A stretch of DNA of 51,077 nucleotides, from assembly GCA_041687475.1 (NCBI GenBank), contig JAWLBW010000002.1, positions 1 to 51,077 on the forward strand, given 5' to 3'. The stretch is from a bacterium (lineage in GTDB: Bacteria; J088; JAWLBW01). This document shows positions 1-9,389 of the stretch, one piece after another. Within the stretch, counting starts at the first letter, position 1, and the number at the start of each line of letters is the position of its first letter. The notes below the pieces were generated by a model that was not told the DNA's origin, did not search any database, and saw nothing but the letters and a program-made list of their open reading frames with translations. Both the position numbers and the translations under genes were made by a program.

Positions 1-1127
1 CCATGTTCAACGGACTTTCGAGCGCACAACTCGCCGCAAGCCATCCGGTGAGCGGGGGAACGTACGCCTACGGCTATCGGTATCTGAATCCGGCCTTCGG
101 GTTTACGGCGGGGTGGCTCTTTCTCCTGGCGAAGTCGGCGTCGGCGGCCACCGCGGCATTGGGGTTCGGCGGCTATGCGATGAGTATGCTCGGCGTGTCG
201 GCAGTCGAGGCGAGAGTGGCGCTGGGGGCAGCATTGGTCGTCTTGCTGACTCTACTCGTCGCCGGTGGAATTCAACGCTCCAGCCGAATCAACGGCGTTA
301 TCGTTTCGGCAACGCTGTTCGCGCTCACCCTCTTTATCCTGTGGAGCCTTCCCGCCGTCTTTGCGGAAGGCCGAGCGCCCTTCGTATCCTTGTTCACCGG
401 TCAAGTCATCGATGCCGACCTCCTGCACGCCACCGCCCTGATGTTCGTGGCTTATACCGGTTACGGACGTATTGCGACACTGGGCGAAGAGGTGGTGAAT
501 CCGGATCGCACGATTCCTCGCGCGGTCATCGTAACGCTGCTCATTACGATGGCGCTCTACGTGAGCGTAACCATCGCGGGAATTTCGGTACTCGGCGCCG
601 ACGGACTGGCGGCCGCAACCAACGAAGCCGCCGCCCCGCTCGAAGTCGCCGCCCGCACGCTCGGTGGTCCCCTCCTTGGTGGCGTCGTCGCAATCGGCGC
701 GCTCACGGCCATGGCAGGCGTGTTGCTCAACCTGATTCTCGGCTTGTCGCGCGTGCTGCTCGCCATGGCCCGCAACGGCGACATGCCTACCTGGTTTGCC
801 GTCGTCGACAAGAACGGCTCGCCGACCCGCGCCGTTTACGGTATTGGAGTGCTTGTGGCTGCGCTGGTGCTGTTGGGAAGCGTCAAGCTCACCTGGTCGT
901 TCAGCGCATTCACCGTGCTCGGCTACTACGCCATCACCAATCTCGCCGCCCTTCGCCTTTCCCCGAAAGCCAGGCACTATCCCCGCATCATCGCCATTCT
1001 CGGGTTTCTCAGCTGCCTTTCGCTGGCGTTCTGGATTGAACGCGAAATCTGGCTGCCGGCCCTCGGCGTAGTCGGCGGGGGTTTGGCCTGGCACCTTACG
1101 GCACGATTGCTACGGTCGAGAGGCTGA
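1..1127 (+). CDS. APC-superfamily amino-acid permease, 5' end outside window
   Basis: The ORF is open from the window edge to the stop at 1125-1127. The translation is almost entirely hydrophobic TM helices with an APC-like region (SGGTYAYGYRYL, GWLFLLAKSAS). 374 aa is shorter than typical APC permeases, so the N-terminus is probably missing. Confidence 0.8.
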   Translation, partial: MFNGLSSAQLAASHPVSGGTYAYGYRYLNPAFGFTAGWLFLLAKSASAATAALGFGGYAMSMLGVSAVEARVALGAALVVLLTLLVAGGIQRSSRINGVIVSATLFALTLFILWSLPAVFAEGRAPFVSLFTGQVIDADLLHATALMFVAYTGYGRIATLGEEVVNPDRTIPRAVIVTLLITMALYVSVTIAGISVLGADGLAAATNEAAAPLEVAARTLGGPLLGGVVAIGALTAMAGVLLNLILGLSRVLLAMARNGDMPTWFAVVDKNGSPTRAVYGIGVLVAALVLLGSVKLTWSFSAFTVLGYYAITNLAALRLSPKARHYPRIIAILGFLSCLSLAFWIEREIWLPALGVVGGGLAWHLTARLLRSRG

Positions 1128-1302
1128 CAACGGCGACATTGCCCGGCACAGGCAGACAGCACCTGTCTACCTCCCATGGCAGAATACCAATGGATTGCCC
1201 GTCTAAGGGTCCAAGGGCATTGACGGCTGGTTCCCCCCGCAGGACAATGCCCTCCGAATCTACGCCCCCCGGGGCCATCCCACTTGTCATCCGGAGGCCG
1301 AC

Positions 1303-1842
1303 ATGACAAAGCGCTCTCTGCAGGTACTTCTCGCCATACTTTTCCTCGCAGGAACCGCCCGTGCCGACGAACCCATACGTATCGGCGATTGGCTGGTCAA
1401 CGTCAACGATTCGAACACGGCCATCTTCGCCGCCACCGAAAACGGCGCCGGCAGCGTGTTCGGACAATACTGCTTTCCCGAGCGGCAAGGCTGCATGTAC
1501 CTGCTGGGGCTGCGCACATCCTGTGAGAACGGCTCGGAGTACCCGGTGCTCGCCAACTCCGACAGCGGCGCATACCCGCTGACGCTACGCTGCTTCGGAG
1601 CGAACGACACGGGTGTTTACGAATACGCCGTAACGAATTTCGACCTCATCGACGCAGCGGTACGGCAGAGTACCCGCATCGGCTTTGCCATCCCCATGCA
1701 ATCCGACGCGTTCCGCGTCGTGCGCTTCAGCCTCATCGGCGCAGTGAAGGCCATGGACGGCGTTCGCACCGCCGCCGAGGAAATTGCCGCCGAAAAAGGC
1801 GCGCCGCGTGGCGACTTCCGCCCGGCCGAGGAAACACTCTGA
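1303..1842 (+). CDS. secreted hypothetical protein
   Basis: N-terminus MTKRSLQVLLAILFLAGTARA-DEP is a classic Sec signal peptide. The 179-aa protein has four Cys. No recognisable family. Confidence 0.6.
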   Translation: MTKRSLQVLLAILFLAGTARADEPIRIGDWLVNVNDSNTAIFAATENGAGSVFGQYCFPERQGCMYLLGLRTSCENGSEYPVLANSDSGAYPLTLRCFGANDTGVYEYAVTNFDLIDAAVRQSTRIGFAIPMQSDAFRVVRFSLIGAVKAMDGVRTAAEEIAAEKGAPRGDFRPAEETL

Positions 1843-1944
1843 CGGGAAGGGGCAACGAGGTTTCAACCAGAGCTTGAAGCGAGGGCGAGGTTGCTTCGGC
1901 TTCTTTGATGTTATATTGATATCGAAGCATGAGGTAGGAACATC

Positions 1945-2262
1945 ATGTATTTCCCGCACATGGTTCATTTTGTGGAACGAAAACGCGCCCTTGAAATACT
2001 CGCTCGTGCCAAACCCGAGCTTGAAGCCCGCTTCGGGGTAACCCGTCTGGCGCTGTTCGGTTCGACCGCGCGAAATACGGCAACCGACGACAGTGATATT
2101 GACGTCCTGGTTGCCTTTGAAGAACCGGCAACCTCGGCTCGTTTTTTTGGGATGCAGTTTTTCCTGGAAGACCTATTGGGCCGGCCAATTGACCTGGTCA
2201 CCGAGAAGGCACTTCGACCAGAGCTTCGGCCATACATTGAGCAAGAGAGAGTCAATGTATGA
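1945..2262 (+). CDS. MntA-type nucleotidyltransferase (antitoxin-like minimal NTase)
   Basis: Motif LFGSTARNTATDDSDIDVLV is the G-S-x(n)-D-x-D minimal nucleotidyltransferase signature of MntA/HepT antitoxins. It is about 105 aa and sits in a visibly lower-GC stretch (about 1860-2350). The exact start is uncertain (a later ATG at MVHFVERK is possible). Confidence 0.75.
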   Translation: MYFPHMVHFVERKRALEILARAKPELEARFGVTRLALFGSTARNTATDDSDIDVLVAFEEPATSARFFGMQFFLEDLLGRPIDLVTEKALRPELRPYIEQERVNV

Positions 2263-2312
2263 AGCTCGGAATCAGGGGAACCATCAATACTCCGGTAAAC
2301 CGCTCGTGCTGA
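2259..2312 (+). pseudogene. possible remnant of the HepT (DUF86) toxin partner
   Basis: An ATG overlaps the MntA stop in the ATGA arrangement typical of TA pairs, but the frame closes after 17 codons (MKLGIRGTINTPVNRSC*). No DUF86-length ORF follows. Confidence 0.2.
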
Positions 2313-2346
2313 AAGCTCGTAAGGTCCATTTTTCATCAGGGAAATG

Positions 2347-2364
2347 AGGCCGCGCATGCGGCCT
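2347..2364 (+). terminator. hairpin after the MntA locus (no T-run)
   Basis: aggccgc-gcat-gcggcct is a perfect 7-bp stem with a 4-nt loop. There is no U-tract, so terminator function is uncertain. Confidence 0.3.
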
Positions 2365-2492
2365 TCCGCTAATCCGCCTGCCTGGCGGGCGGTTTGGAGG
2401 GTGAGTGGTCAGATGACGCCGCGACAGCGGCTTTCCTTTCCCCCCGGCCCTTCCATCTGTGGTAGGCTACTCCTTTTGAGAGGAGACTCCGC

Positions 2493-3338
2493 ATGACCTC
2501 CGACCGCAAAGTCGCCCTTGTGACGGGCGCCAACTCCGGCATCGGCCGGGTAACCGCCATCGAATTGGCCAAGCAGGGCTATCACGTCTTTCTTGCGTGC
2601 CGCTCCGAAGAAAAGACGCGCCCCGTGGTCGATGAGATTCACAAATCAGGGGGAATGGCCGAGTTTCTTCCCCTCGATCTGGGCTCGCTGGATTCCGTGC
2701 GCGCCTGCGCCGACACGTTCCTGCAACGCAACCTGCCGCTGCATCTACTCGTCGCCAATGCCGGCATGGCGGGTACGAAGGGAATGACGGAATCCGGTTT
2801 CGAGCTGTCGTTCGGCACCTGCCACGTCGGCCACTTCCTGCTTACGAACCTACTGGTCGAGCGCCTGCAGCAATCGGCCCCCGCGCGGGTGGTCGTCGTC
2901 GCCAGCAAGGCCCACCGGCATGTCGGGGGCATCGACTTCGACGCCGTTCGGCAACGCACCCGGGGCGTCGGCGGCCTGAAGGCCTACAGCGTGGCTAAAC
3001 TGGCCAATGTTCTCTTCGCCAAAGAGCTTGCCCACCGGCTGAAGGGGACAGGCGTGACGACGTATGCTCTGCATCCGGGCGTCGTCGCCACGAACGTCTG
3101 GCGTTCCGTTCCCTGGCCTTTCGACCGCATCGCCAAGGCTTTCATGGTCTCGGAGGAAGATGGGGCAGCCACCACTTTGTACTGCGCCACCGATCCGGCG
3201 GTTGCCGCTCAATCGGGCCTCTACTACAACGACTGCAAGGTCGAGGAACCGTCTGCCGCGGCGAAGAACGAGGCGCTCGCGCGCGAGCTCTGGGAGAAGA
3301 GCGAGCAGTGGACGGGGGTTGGCGCGATTGCACGGTAG
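2493..3338 (+). CDS. SDR-family oxidoreductase (retinol-dehydrogenase-like classical SDR)
   Basis: VALVTGANSGIGRVTA is the TGxxxGxG cofactor motif. NAG is present (LLVANAGM), as is the catalytic YxxxK (YSVAKLANV). An RBS-like gagaggag lies upstream of the ATG. Confidence 0.85.
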   Translation: MTSDRKVALVTGANSGIGRVTAIELAKQGYHVFLACRSEEKTRPVVDEIHKSGGMAEFLPLDLGSLDSVRACADTFLQRNLPLHLLVANAGMAGTKGMTESGFELSFGTCHVGHFLLTNLLVERLQQSAPARVVVVASKAHRHVGGIDFDAVRQRTRGVGGLKAYSVAKLANVLFAKELAHRLKGTGVTTYALHPGVVATNVWRSVPWPFDRIAKAFMVSEEDGAATTLYCATDPAVAAQSGLYYNDCKVEEPSAAAKNEALARELWEKSEQWTGVGAIAR

Positions 3339-3646
3339 TCCCGTCGAGGCGGAGGTGGGGCGATGGGGAGAAGGGGAGACCTGAGGGCGAAGCGACCGCA
3401 TCAACTCGGGCGGCCTTTCGGAAGGCTCCCCGCACAGCGTCGACGCCGTGAGAAGAGGCAGGCTTCGCCTTCTGTGCCACCTGAGCCTGCATTCCGGTTC
3501 CCCTATTCCGAAATCGAAAGTACAATGGCCGGATAGCCGATGCAGCGTCTGCAACCCGCATTGCCGTCGGGGCCATTGCCGCAAGAGAAGCGTGCGTGCG
3601 CCGGCGGTCGGTTTTCATCGTTTTCCACCGTAAGAGCGTCTCTTTC

Positions 3647-4612
3647 ATGCTGATACCGTTTGTTGCCGTCGTTATCGGTCTCGCTTTGCTCGTATGGAGC
3701 GCAGACCGCTTCGTCGAAGGTTCTGCCGCAACCGCCCGCCACTTCGGCATGCCGCCCCTGCTCATCGGCATGGTTGTCGTGGGCTTCGGTACGTCGGCGC
3801 CGGAAATGGTAGTTTCGGCACTGGCATCGGCACAAGGTAACGCGGGCATCGCCCTCGGCAATGCCTATGGTTCGAATATCACCAACATCGCACTCATTCT
3901 CGGAGTCACCGCCCTTATCAGCCCCATCGCTGTTCATTCTCAGGTGCTGCGCAAGGAACTTCCCATTCTGACGGTGGTGACCGCGCTTGCGGCCTGGCAA
4001 TTGTGGAACGGCGAATTGACACGTATGGACGCAACCGTGCTGCTGGCGGTCTTCGCCGGCCTCATGGCGTGGACGGTCTGGGAAGGACTCCAGAAAACAT
4101 CGGACTCGCTCGCAAGCGAGATGGAAGAAGAGCTCGCCGCACGTCCCATGCCACTGGGCAGGGCGGTTTTCTGGCTCGTTCTCGGCCTTGTCCTGCTCAT
4201 CGTAAGCTCGCGCATTCTCGTCTGGGGTGCCGTAGCCATCGCCCGGGAATTCGGGGTAGGCGATCTATTGATCGGTCTCACCATCGTAGCCGTCGGCACC
4301 TCGTTGCCTGAATTCGCGTCATCGGTCATTGCTGCCAGGAAAGGCGAACACGACATCGCGCTCGGCAACATCCTGGGGTCGAACCTCTTCAACACACTGG
4401 CCGTTGTCGGAATCGCCGGATTGATCAGCCCGATGGAGGTCGGGCTTGAAATTCTCAGCCGCGACATACTGGTGATGGCCCTGCTCACGATTTCTCTGTT
4501 TCTGTTCGGATTCGGATTTCGCGGACCCGGGCGCATCAACCGGGCCGAGGGTTCCCTGCTGCTGGTCGTCTACGTCGGCTACACCGCCTACCTGGTGGCA
4601 ACGGCTTTCTGA
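3647..4612 (+). CDS. CaCA-family calcium/sodium antiporter (YrbG-like), paralog 1
   Basis: Both alpha-repeat signatures are present: GFGTSAPEMVVS and GTSLPEFASSVIAARKGEHDIALGNILGSNLFN. About 10 TM segments. The start was chosen at MLIPFVAVV (internal ATG of the track ORF 3596..4612) by alignment with paralog 2. Confidence 0.85.
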   Translation: MLIPFVAVVIGLALLVWSADRFVEGSAATARHFGMPPLLIGMVVVGFGTSAPEMVVSALASAQGNAGIALGNAYGSNITNIALILGVTALISPIAVHSQVLRKELPILTVVTALAAWQLWNGELTRMDATVLLAVFAGLMAWTVWEGLQKTSDSLASEMEEELAARPMPLGRAVFWLVLGLVLLIVSSRILVWGAVAIAREFGVGDLLIGLTIVAVGTSLPEFASSVIAARKGEHDIALGNILGSNLFNTLAVVGIAGLISPMEVGLEILSRDILVMALLTISLFLFGFGFRGPGRINRAEGSLLLVVYVGYTAYLVATAF

Positions 4613-4744
4613 CCTCGGCAGACATCACCGAAGCAGGCGGCACAGCGATGCCTTCAGGCCTGGGGGCAGTCCTTGTTCCTCAAAAGTGATTGACGACATC
4701 CCGTGCGTCAGACGCTGTCTCGCCCCTACCCTACCGTGGGAAGG

Positions 4745-5122
4745 ATGGACGGAAGCGAGAAGCAGAAAACGGGGCGCACGGGCGAAGCCTTCGCCGCCTG
4801 GCTGCTCGAGGGTATGGGTTACCGCCTGGTGGCACGCAACGTGCGCACCCGGTACGGCGAAATCGACCTTATCGCACTGGCGCCCGACGGTACCCTCTGC
4901 ATTGTTGAGGTACGCACGACAACGACCGGCGAGGGAACGGCCTTCTCGAGTCTGTCACCCCGCAAACGCTCACGGCTGGCCCGGCAGGCCCTCGTTTACC
5001 TTGCCGAGCAAGACTGGCGTGGCCCCGTGCGCATTGACTTCATGGCCCATGAGATTCACGGCGAAAGCTGGGTCACCCTGCACTGCGTGAACGCTTTCGG
5101 CCAGGGTGGGCGGGTATGTTGA
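4745..5122 (+). CDS. yraN: YraN-family (UPF0102) predicted endonuclease
   Basis: GRTGEAFAAWLLEGMGYRLVARNVRTRYGEIDLIA...CIVEVRT matches the YraN/UPF0102 PD-(D/E)xK-like core. The start was chosen at MDGSEK; the track ORF begins at 4703 with an alternative codon. Confidence 0.75.
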   Translation: MDGSEKQKTGRTGEAFAAWLLEGMGYRLVARNVRTRYGEIDLIALAPDGTLCIVEVRTTTTGEGTAFSSLSPRKRSRLARQALVYLAEQDWRGPVRIDFMAHEIHGESWVTLHCVNAFGQGGRVC

Positions 5123-5409
5123 AGGCGGCTGAATACTAATGCGACAGCCCGACACCTCAAGTGCCGATCGGCGGGCGAGAGGTACACGGCACCCGGCTCT
5201 TCAATCGCTCACCATCGTCGGGCACGAGCACTGTGATCTCCGTTTCCGAGCCTACACTGCGCTCTTCGATTCCATTCCCTCGAAGAGCCAAGGCCGGGTA
5301 CAATGGCTGGGTAGAATGAGCCCCAAGGTTTTTCGTTCCTTCTCGCTCAGGTCAACCATTTTCCCAGGGCGGGCGCCGTCGATTTTTCTTCCATGTCGGA
5401 TGTGTCTCT

Positions 5410-6375
5410 ATGTTGATGCCCCTTCTTGCCCTCGTTCTCGGGCTGGCCCTGCTGGTCTGGAGCGCCGATCGCTTCGTCGAAGGCGCGGCCGCCACCGCAC
5501 GCCATTTCGGCATGCCGCCCCTGCTCATCGGCATGGTCATCGTGGGGTTCGGAACCTCGGCCCCGGAAATGGTCGTCTCGGCCCTGGCCGCCACGCAGGG
5601 CAATCCGGGCATAGCCCTGGGAAACGCCTACGGCTCGAACATTACCAACATCGCCCTCATTCTCGGCGTAACAGCGCTCATCAGCCCTATCGCCGTGCAC
5701 TCGCAGGTACTGCGTAAGGAACTCCCCATTCTCACCCTGCTCACGGCACTCGCCGCCTGGCAGATTTACGACGGCAATGTCACCCGGATCGATGCCCTGG
5801 TGCTTCTCGTGGTGTTTGCCGCGCTCATGGGGTGGACCATCTGGCAGGGCATGAAAAAGAAGGCCGACGCCCTCGGCGCCGAGATGGAAGAAGAGCTCGC
5901 AGTACATGCGATGCCCCTTCCCCGCGCAATTTTCTGGCTTGCCGTGGGGCTTGTGCTTCTCATCGCAAGCTCACGCCTTCTTGTCTGGGGCGCCGTCGAA
6001 ATCGCCCACGCCTTCGGCGTCAGCGACCTGCTCATCGGCTTGACGATTGTGGCCATCGGTACGTCGCTGCCGGAGCTGGCGTCGTCGGTCATTGCCGCCC
6101 GCAAGGGCGAACATGATATCGCGTTGGGCAACATTCTCGGCTCGAATCTTTTCAACACCCTGGCCGTCGTCGGCATCGCGGGCTCGATTCACCCGATGAG
6201 CGTCGGACCCGAGGTCTTCTCTCGCGACGTTCTGGTCATGGCCGGGTTGACGTTGTCGCTCTTCATATTCGGTTACGGCTTCCGGGGACCCGGGCGCATC
6301 AACCGGATCGAAGGCACCCTGCTGCTTACAGCCTACGTCGGCTACACGGTCTTCCTGGTGGTGACGGCATTCTGA
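5410..6375 (+). CDS. CaCA-family calcium/sodium antiporter (YrbG-like), paralog 2
   Basis: 321 aa, by-eye about 80% identical to the 3647..4612 product over the full length, with the same alpha-repeat motifs. Confidence 0.85.
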   Translation: MLMPLLALVLGLALLVWSADRFVEGAAATARHFGMPPLLIGMVIVGFGTSAPEMVVSALAATQGNPGIALGNAYGSNITNIALILGVTALISPIAVHSQVLRKELPILTLLTALAAWQIYDGNVTRIDALVLLVVFAALMGWTIWQGMKKKADALGAEMEEELAVHAMPLPRAIFWLAVGLVLLIASSRLLVWGAVEIAHAFGVSDLLIGLTIVAIGTSLPELASSVIAARKGEHDIALGNILGSNLFNTLAVVGIAGSIHPMSVGPEVFSRDVLVMAGLTLSLFIFGYGFRGPGRINRIEGTLLLTAYVGYTVFLVVTAF

Positions 6376-6481
6376 GGCTTGTCGACATCACCGCACTTCT
6401 TTGCGAGCCCTCGCCCCCCATGCTCCGTTTCCGGCGCGGCTCTGTTATCATGGATGTTCAGACAGGGAGGAACCGTACGGC

Positions 6482-7315
6482 ATGAACTGGTGGCAGGCTT
6501 TTATTCTCGGCATCGTCGAAGGCATCACCGAATATCTTCCGGTAAGCTCGACCGGACATCTTCTGCTTACGCAACGCATGCTCGGCATTACCGCCGATGA
6601 AGCCGCCAACGCCTTCGCCATCTGCATTCAGGCGGGCGCCATCGTTGCCGTACTGGGGCTGTACGCGCCGCGGGTCAAACAGATGCTGGCCGGTGTCGCC
6701 GGAAAGGACGTCACGGGGCGCAGGCTCGCCCTGAACCTGATCATCGCTTTTCTTCCGGCAGCCGTACTGGGGTTGGCCTTCGACGACCTCATCGAATCCT
6801 ACCTGTTCGGGCTCTGGCCCATCGTGACGGCCTGGTTCATCGGTGGCCTGCTCATCTTTCTGGTCGAGCGCATGCGCCGCAGCTCGACGGCTCTGCGCGC
6901 CCAGAGCTTCACGCTCGAGCTGTTGACCTGGCGCGGCGCCCTCGCCATCGGCTTCGCCCAGTGCATTGCCATGTGGCCGGGCACAAGCCGCAGCCTCATG
7001 ACCATTCTTGCCGGCCTGCTCTGGGGTCTGTCGATGCCTGCCGCCGTCGAATTCTCGTTCCTGTTGGGCGTCATTACCCTCGGCGCCGCAACCGCCTACA
7101 AGGCCCTTTCTTCGGGCGCGGTCATGCTCGAAGCCTTCGGCATCGTACCCATTGCCGTAGGCTTTCTGGCCGCGTGGGTCTCGGCCGTCGTCGCCGTACG
7201 GTGGATGGTGAATTACCTCAATCGTCGCGGCATGGCGATTTTCGCCTACTGGCGCATCGGGCTGGCCATCTCGGTGGGGCTGACGTTGCTCTTCGCACCG
7301 GGCTTCTTCCTGTAA
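6482..7315 (+). CDS. uppP: undecaprenyl-diphosphate phosphatase
   Basis: MNWWQAFILGIVEGITEYLPVSSTGHLLL is the canonical UppP/BacA N-terminal motif. PGTSRS is also present. RBS gggagg lies 10 nt upstream of ATG 6482. The longer track ORF (6401) adds non-homologous residues. Confidence 0.9.
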   Translation: MNWWQAFILGIVEGITEYLPVSSTGHLLLTQRMLGITADEAANAFAICIQAGAIVAVLGLYAPRVKQMLAGVAGKDVTGRRLALNLIIAFLPAAVLGLAFDDLIESYLFGLWPIVTAWFIGGLLIFLVERMRRSSTALRAQSFTLELLTWRGALAIGFAQCIAMWPGTSRSLMTILAGLLWGLSMPAAVEFSFLLGVITLGAATAYKALSSGAVMLEAFGIVPIAVGFLAAWVSAVVAVRWMVNYLNRRGMAIFAYWRIGLAISVGLTLLFAPGFFL

Positions 7316-7440
7316 ACGAAACGCGCCCCGTTCCGCTTCGGCGATTGCCGATACGTTATATCCAGGCGCCGCGCGACACGACTTCCAGGTATTATCGTCG
7401 ATGTCCGTTAAAGTCGACGACCACTGCCCTATGGGGAAGC

Positions 7441-7653
7441 TCAGTCTCGCTCCCGCACCCGAAGAACATGCCCGCCGAAAATGACCCTGCGTCCCGCGCC
7501 CGTATCCGAAAGTCCATGCGGCTCGGCAAGGGGAAGCCGGCGCACCCAGGCACGAATGCGTCTCAAGGTAGCCGTCAGTCGTCCTTCGGATTGTGGCACC
7601 TTGCCCTCTTCAATCCTCTCTACCGCTGCAGCGGAACTTCCTCCGATACTCAT
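7441..7653 (-). CDS. small hypothetical protein (70 aa), divergent from the MocR regulator
   Basis: GGAGG lies 5 nt upstream of ATG (MSIGGSS...). Third-position GC is lower than in neighbouring genes and no family is recognised. It could be non-coding. Confidence 0.2.
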   Translation of the reverse strand: MSIGGSSAAAVERIEEGKVPQSEGRLTATLRRIRAWVRRLPLAEPHGLSDTGAGRRVIFGGHVLRVRERD

Positions 7654-7791
7654 CTGCGCCTCCATTTTTCCGGCTTCATCGTCTTTGATTTCAGCGTAAG
7701 AGAATTCCTACAAACATAACAGATGCACGGCTTTCGATAATGAACCAGCACAGATTCAGTTACAATGAAGCTGTACCGCACAAGGAGACGC

Positions 7792-9285
7792 ATGATGGTT
7801 CGTCTGGAAGCAGAGACGGCTCGAGCGACAAACCTCTACGAGCATGTCGCCGATCGTCTGCAGCGCCTCATCGAAGGGGGCACGCTGCGGCCGGGCCAGC
7901 GGCTGCCCTCGGTGCGCGAAACCAGTCGGCGCGAGCGGGTCAGTATGGCGACGGCGGTACAGGCCTACCGGGTTCTTGAAACACGTCAGCTGGTCGAGGC
8001 CCGCCCGCGTTCGGGCTACTACGTTCGCCAGAATGCCTGGAAGCCCCCCGAAGAGCCGGAAGTCACGCGTCCGCTGCCCCAGCCCACCGAGGTTTCCCTT
8101 GGAGATCTCTCGCTGCGACTCGTGCAGGCGGCTAACGAGCCAGGCGTCATCAGGTTGGGCGCTGCCGTACCCGACCCAGAATTCCTACCCGTAAACGCGG
8201 TCATGCGCGCGGTTAACGCGGCCACGCGCAAGCACGGCGCGAAAACGCTGACCTATCGCTTCCCGCCCGGAGATGCGAGCCTGCGCCGCCATCTCGCTCG
8301 CCGGCTGGTGAATACCGGGTGTACGGTAGCTCCCGAAGAGCTCATCGTCACGCACGGTTGTCAGGAAGCCCTTCATCTGGCCTTGCGGGCCGTGGCAGCT
8401 TTCGGCGACACCATCGCCATCGAATCGCCTGCATACTACGGCGTGCTGCAACTCATTGAATCGCTGGGCATGAAGGCGCTGGAAATTCCGACGCACCCCC
8501 GCGACGGTATCAGCGTCGAAGCCCTTTCCTTCGCCATGGAGCACCATGCCGTCGCCGCCGTGCTGGTCGTGCCGAGCTTCAGCAACCCGCTGGGTTCGTG
8601 CATGCCCGACGAGCGGCGGCGCGAACTGGTCGAACTTTGCGAAACACGAGGCGTTCCCCTCATCGAAGACGACATTTACGGCGAACTCCACCACGGCGAA
8701 GCCCGCCCCCGCGCGGCCAAGGCCTTCGACACCACGGGCAACGTCATCTACTGCTCGTCCTTCTCGAAAACCCTGGCCCCGGGTTTGCGCCTCGGCTACA
8801 TGGCCCCGGGTCGCTTCCGTGAAAAGGTGCAGCACCTTCAGTTCGTGACCACCATGTCTCTGGCGCCGCTGGCACAGATCGCAGTGGCCGGATTTCTCGC
8901 CGACGGTGGCTATGACCGTCATCTGCGCCGGACGAGAAAGGCGTATGCCGACCAGCTCTTTCGCCTGAACCAGGCCGTGGCCCGCTGGTTTCCCGACGAA
9001 ACCCGGGTTACCCGACCACAGGGCGGCTTTCTCCTCTGGGTCGAGTTGCCCGACAGTGTCGACAGCATGCACCTGCACCGCCTTGCCCTGGCGGAAAGAA
9101 TCAGCATCGCGCCCGGCCCCCTGTTCTCGGCCACCGGTAAGTACCGCAACTTCATTCGCCTGAACGGGGGGTGCCGGTGGGGTTCCGAAGTCGAAACAGC
9201 CATGGTGCGGCTGGGTCAACTTACCGGGCAACTGGTCGAAAATGCCTCCAGAGAAGCAACCAGGCGCTTACAAACGGATTTCTGA
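7792..9285 (+). CDS. MocR/PdxR-type regulator (GntR wHTH fused to class-I aminotransferase-like PLP domain)
   Basis: The N-terminal GntR HTH is LYEHVADRLQRLIEGGTLRPGQRLPSVRETSRRERVSMATAVQAYRVLE. The C-terminal fold-type-I aminotransferase region includes SFSKTLAPGLRLGY (PLP lysine motif). RBS aaggag lies before ATGATG at 7792. Confidence 0.85.
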   Translation: MMVRLEAETARATNLYEHVADRLQRLIEGGTLRPGQRLPSVRETSRRERVSMATAVQAYRVLETRQLVEARPRSGYYVRQNAWKPPEEPEVTRPLPQPTEVSLGDLSLRLVQAANEPGVIRLGAAVPDPEFLPVNAVMRAVNAATRKHGAKTLTYRFPPGDASLRRHLARRLVNTGCTVAPEELIVTHGCQEALHLALRAVAAFGDTIAIESPAYYGVLQLIESLGMKALEIPTHPRDGISVEALSFAMEHHAVAAVLVVPSFSNPLGSCMPDERRRELVELCETRGVPLIEDDIYGELHHGEARPRAAKAFDTTGNVIYCSSFSKTLAPGLRLGYMAPGRFREKVQHLQFVTTMSLAPLAQIAVAGFLADGGYDRHLRRTRKAYADQLFRLNQAVARWFPDETRVTRPQGGFLLWVELPDSVDSMHLHRLALAERISIAPGPLFSATGKYRNFIRLNGGCRWGSEVETAMVRLGQLTGQLVENASREATRRLQTDF

Positions 9286-9310
9286 CTCCGATTCCAGGAA
9301 ATGCCAAAAA

Positions 9311-9389
9311 TGAATGGGGCATTCACTATTCACGGCGAAATTTGAAGCCCGGCACCGTACTCGCGCTACAAAAGTGAATGGGGTATTCA
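9311..9389. promoter_or_regulatory. two copies of a 15-bp palindrome, 64 bp apart, in a convergent intergenic region
   Basis: TGAATGgggCATTCA at 9311-9325 and TGAATGgggTATTCA at 9375-9389. Each sits in a longer, roughly 22-nt similar direct repeat. The local GC is visibly lower. Confidence 0.35.

Noticed and set aside
113-1094. Overlapping ORFs 113..1039 (+, 308 aa) and 252..1094 (-, 280 aa) within the permease gene
   Set aside because: They are alternative-frame or antisense shadows of a clearly membrane-protein-coding frame. Both are Arg/Gly/His-rich and lack TM or other motifs.
5139-5717. 192-aa plus-strand ORF bridging the yraN-antiporter spacer and the 5' part of antiporter paralog 2
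   Set aside because: It is out of frame with the clearly homologous antiporter CDS. The translation is Arg/Pro/His-rich and no RBS is present.
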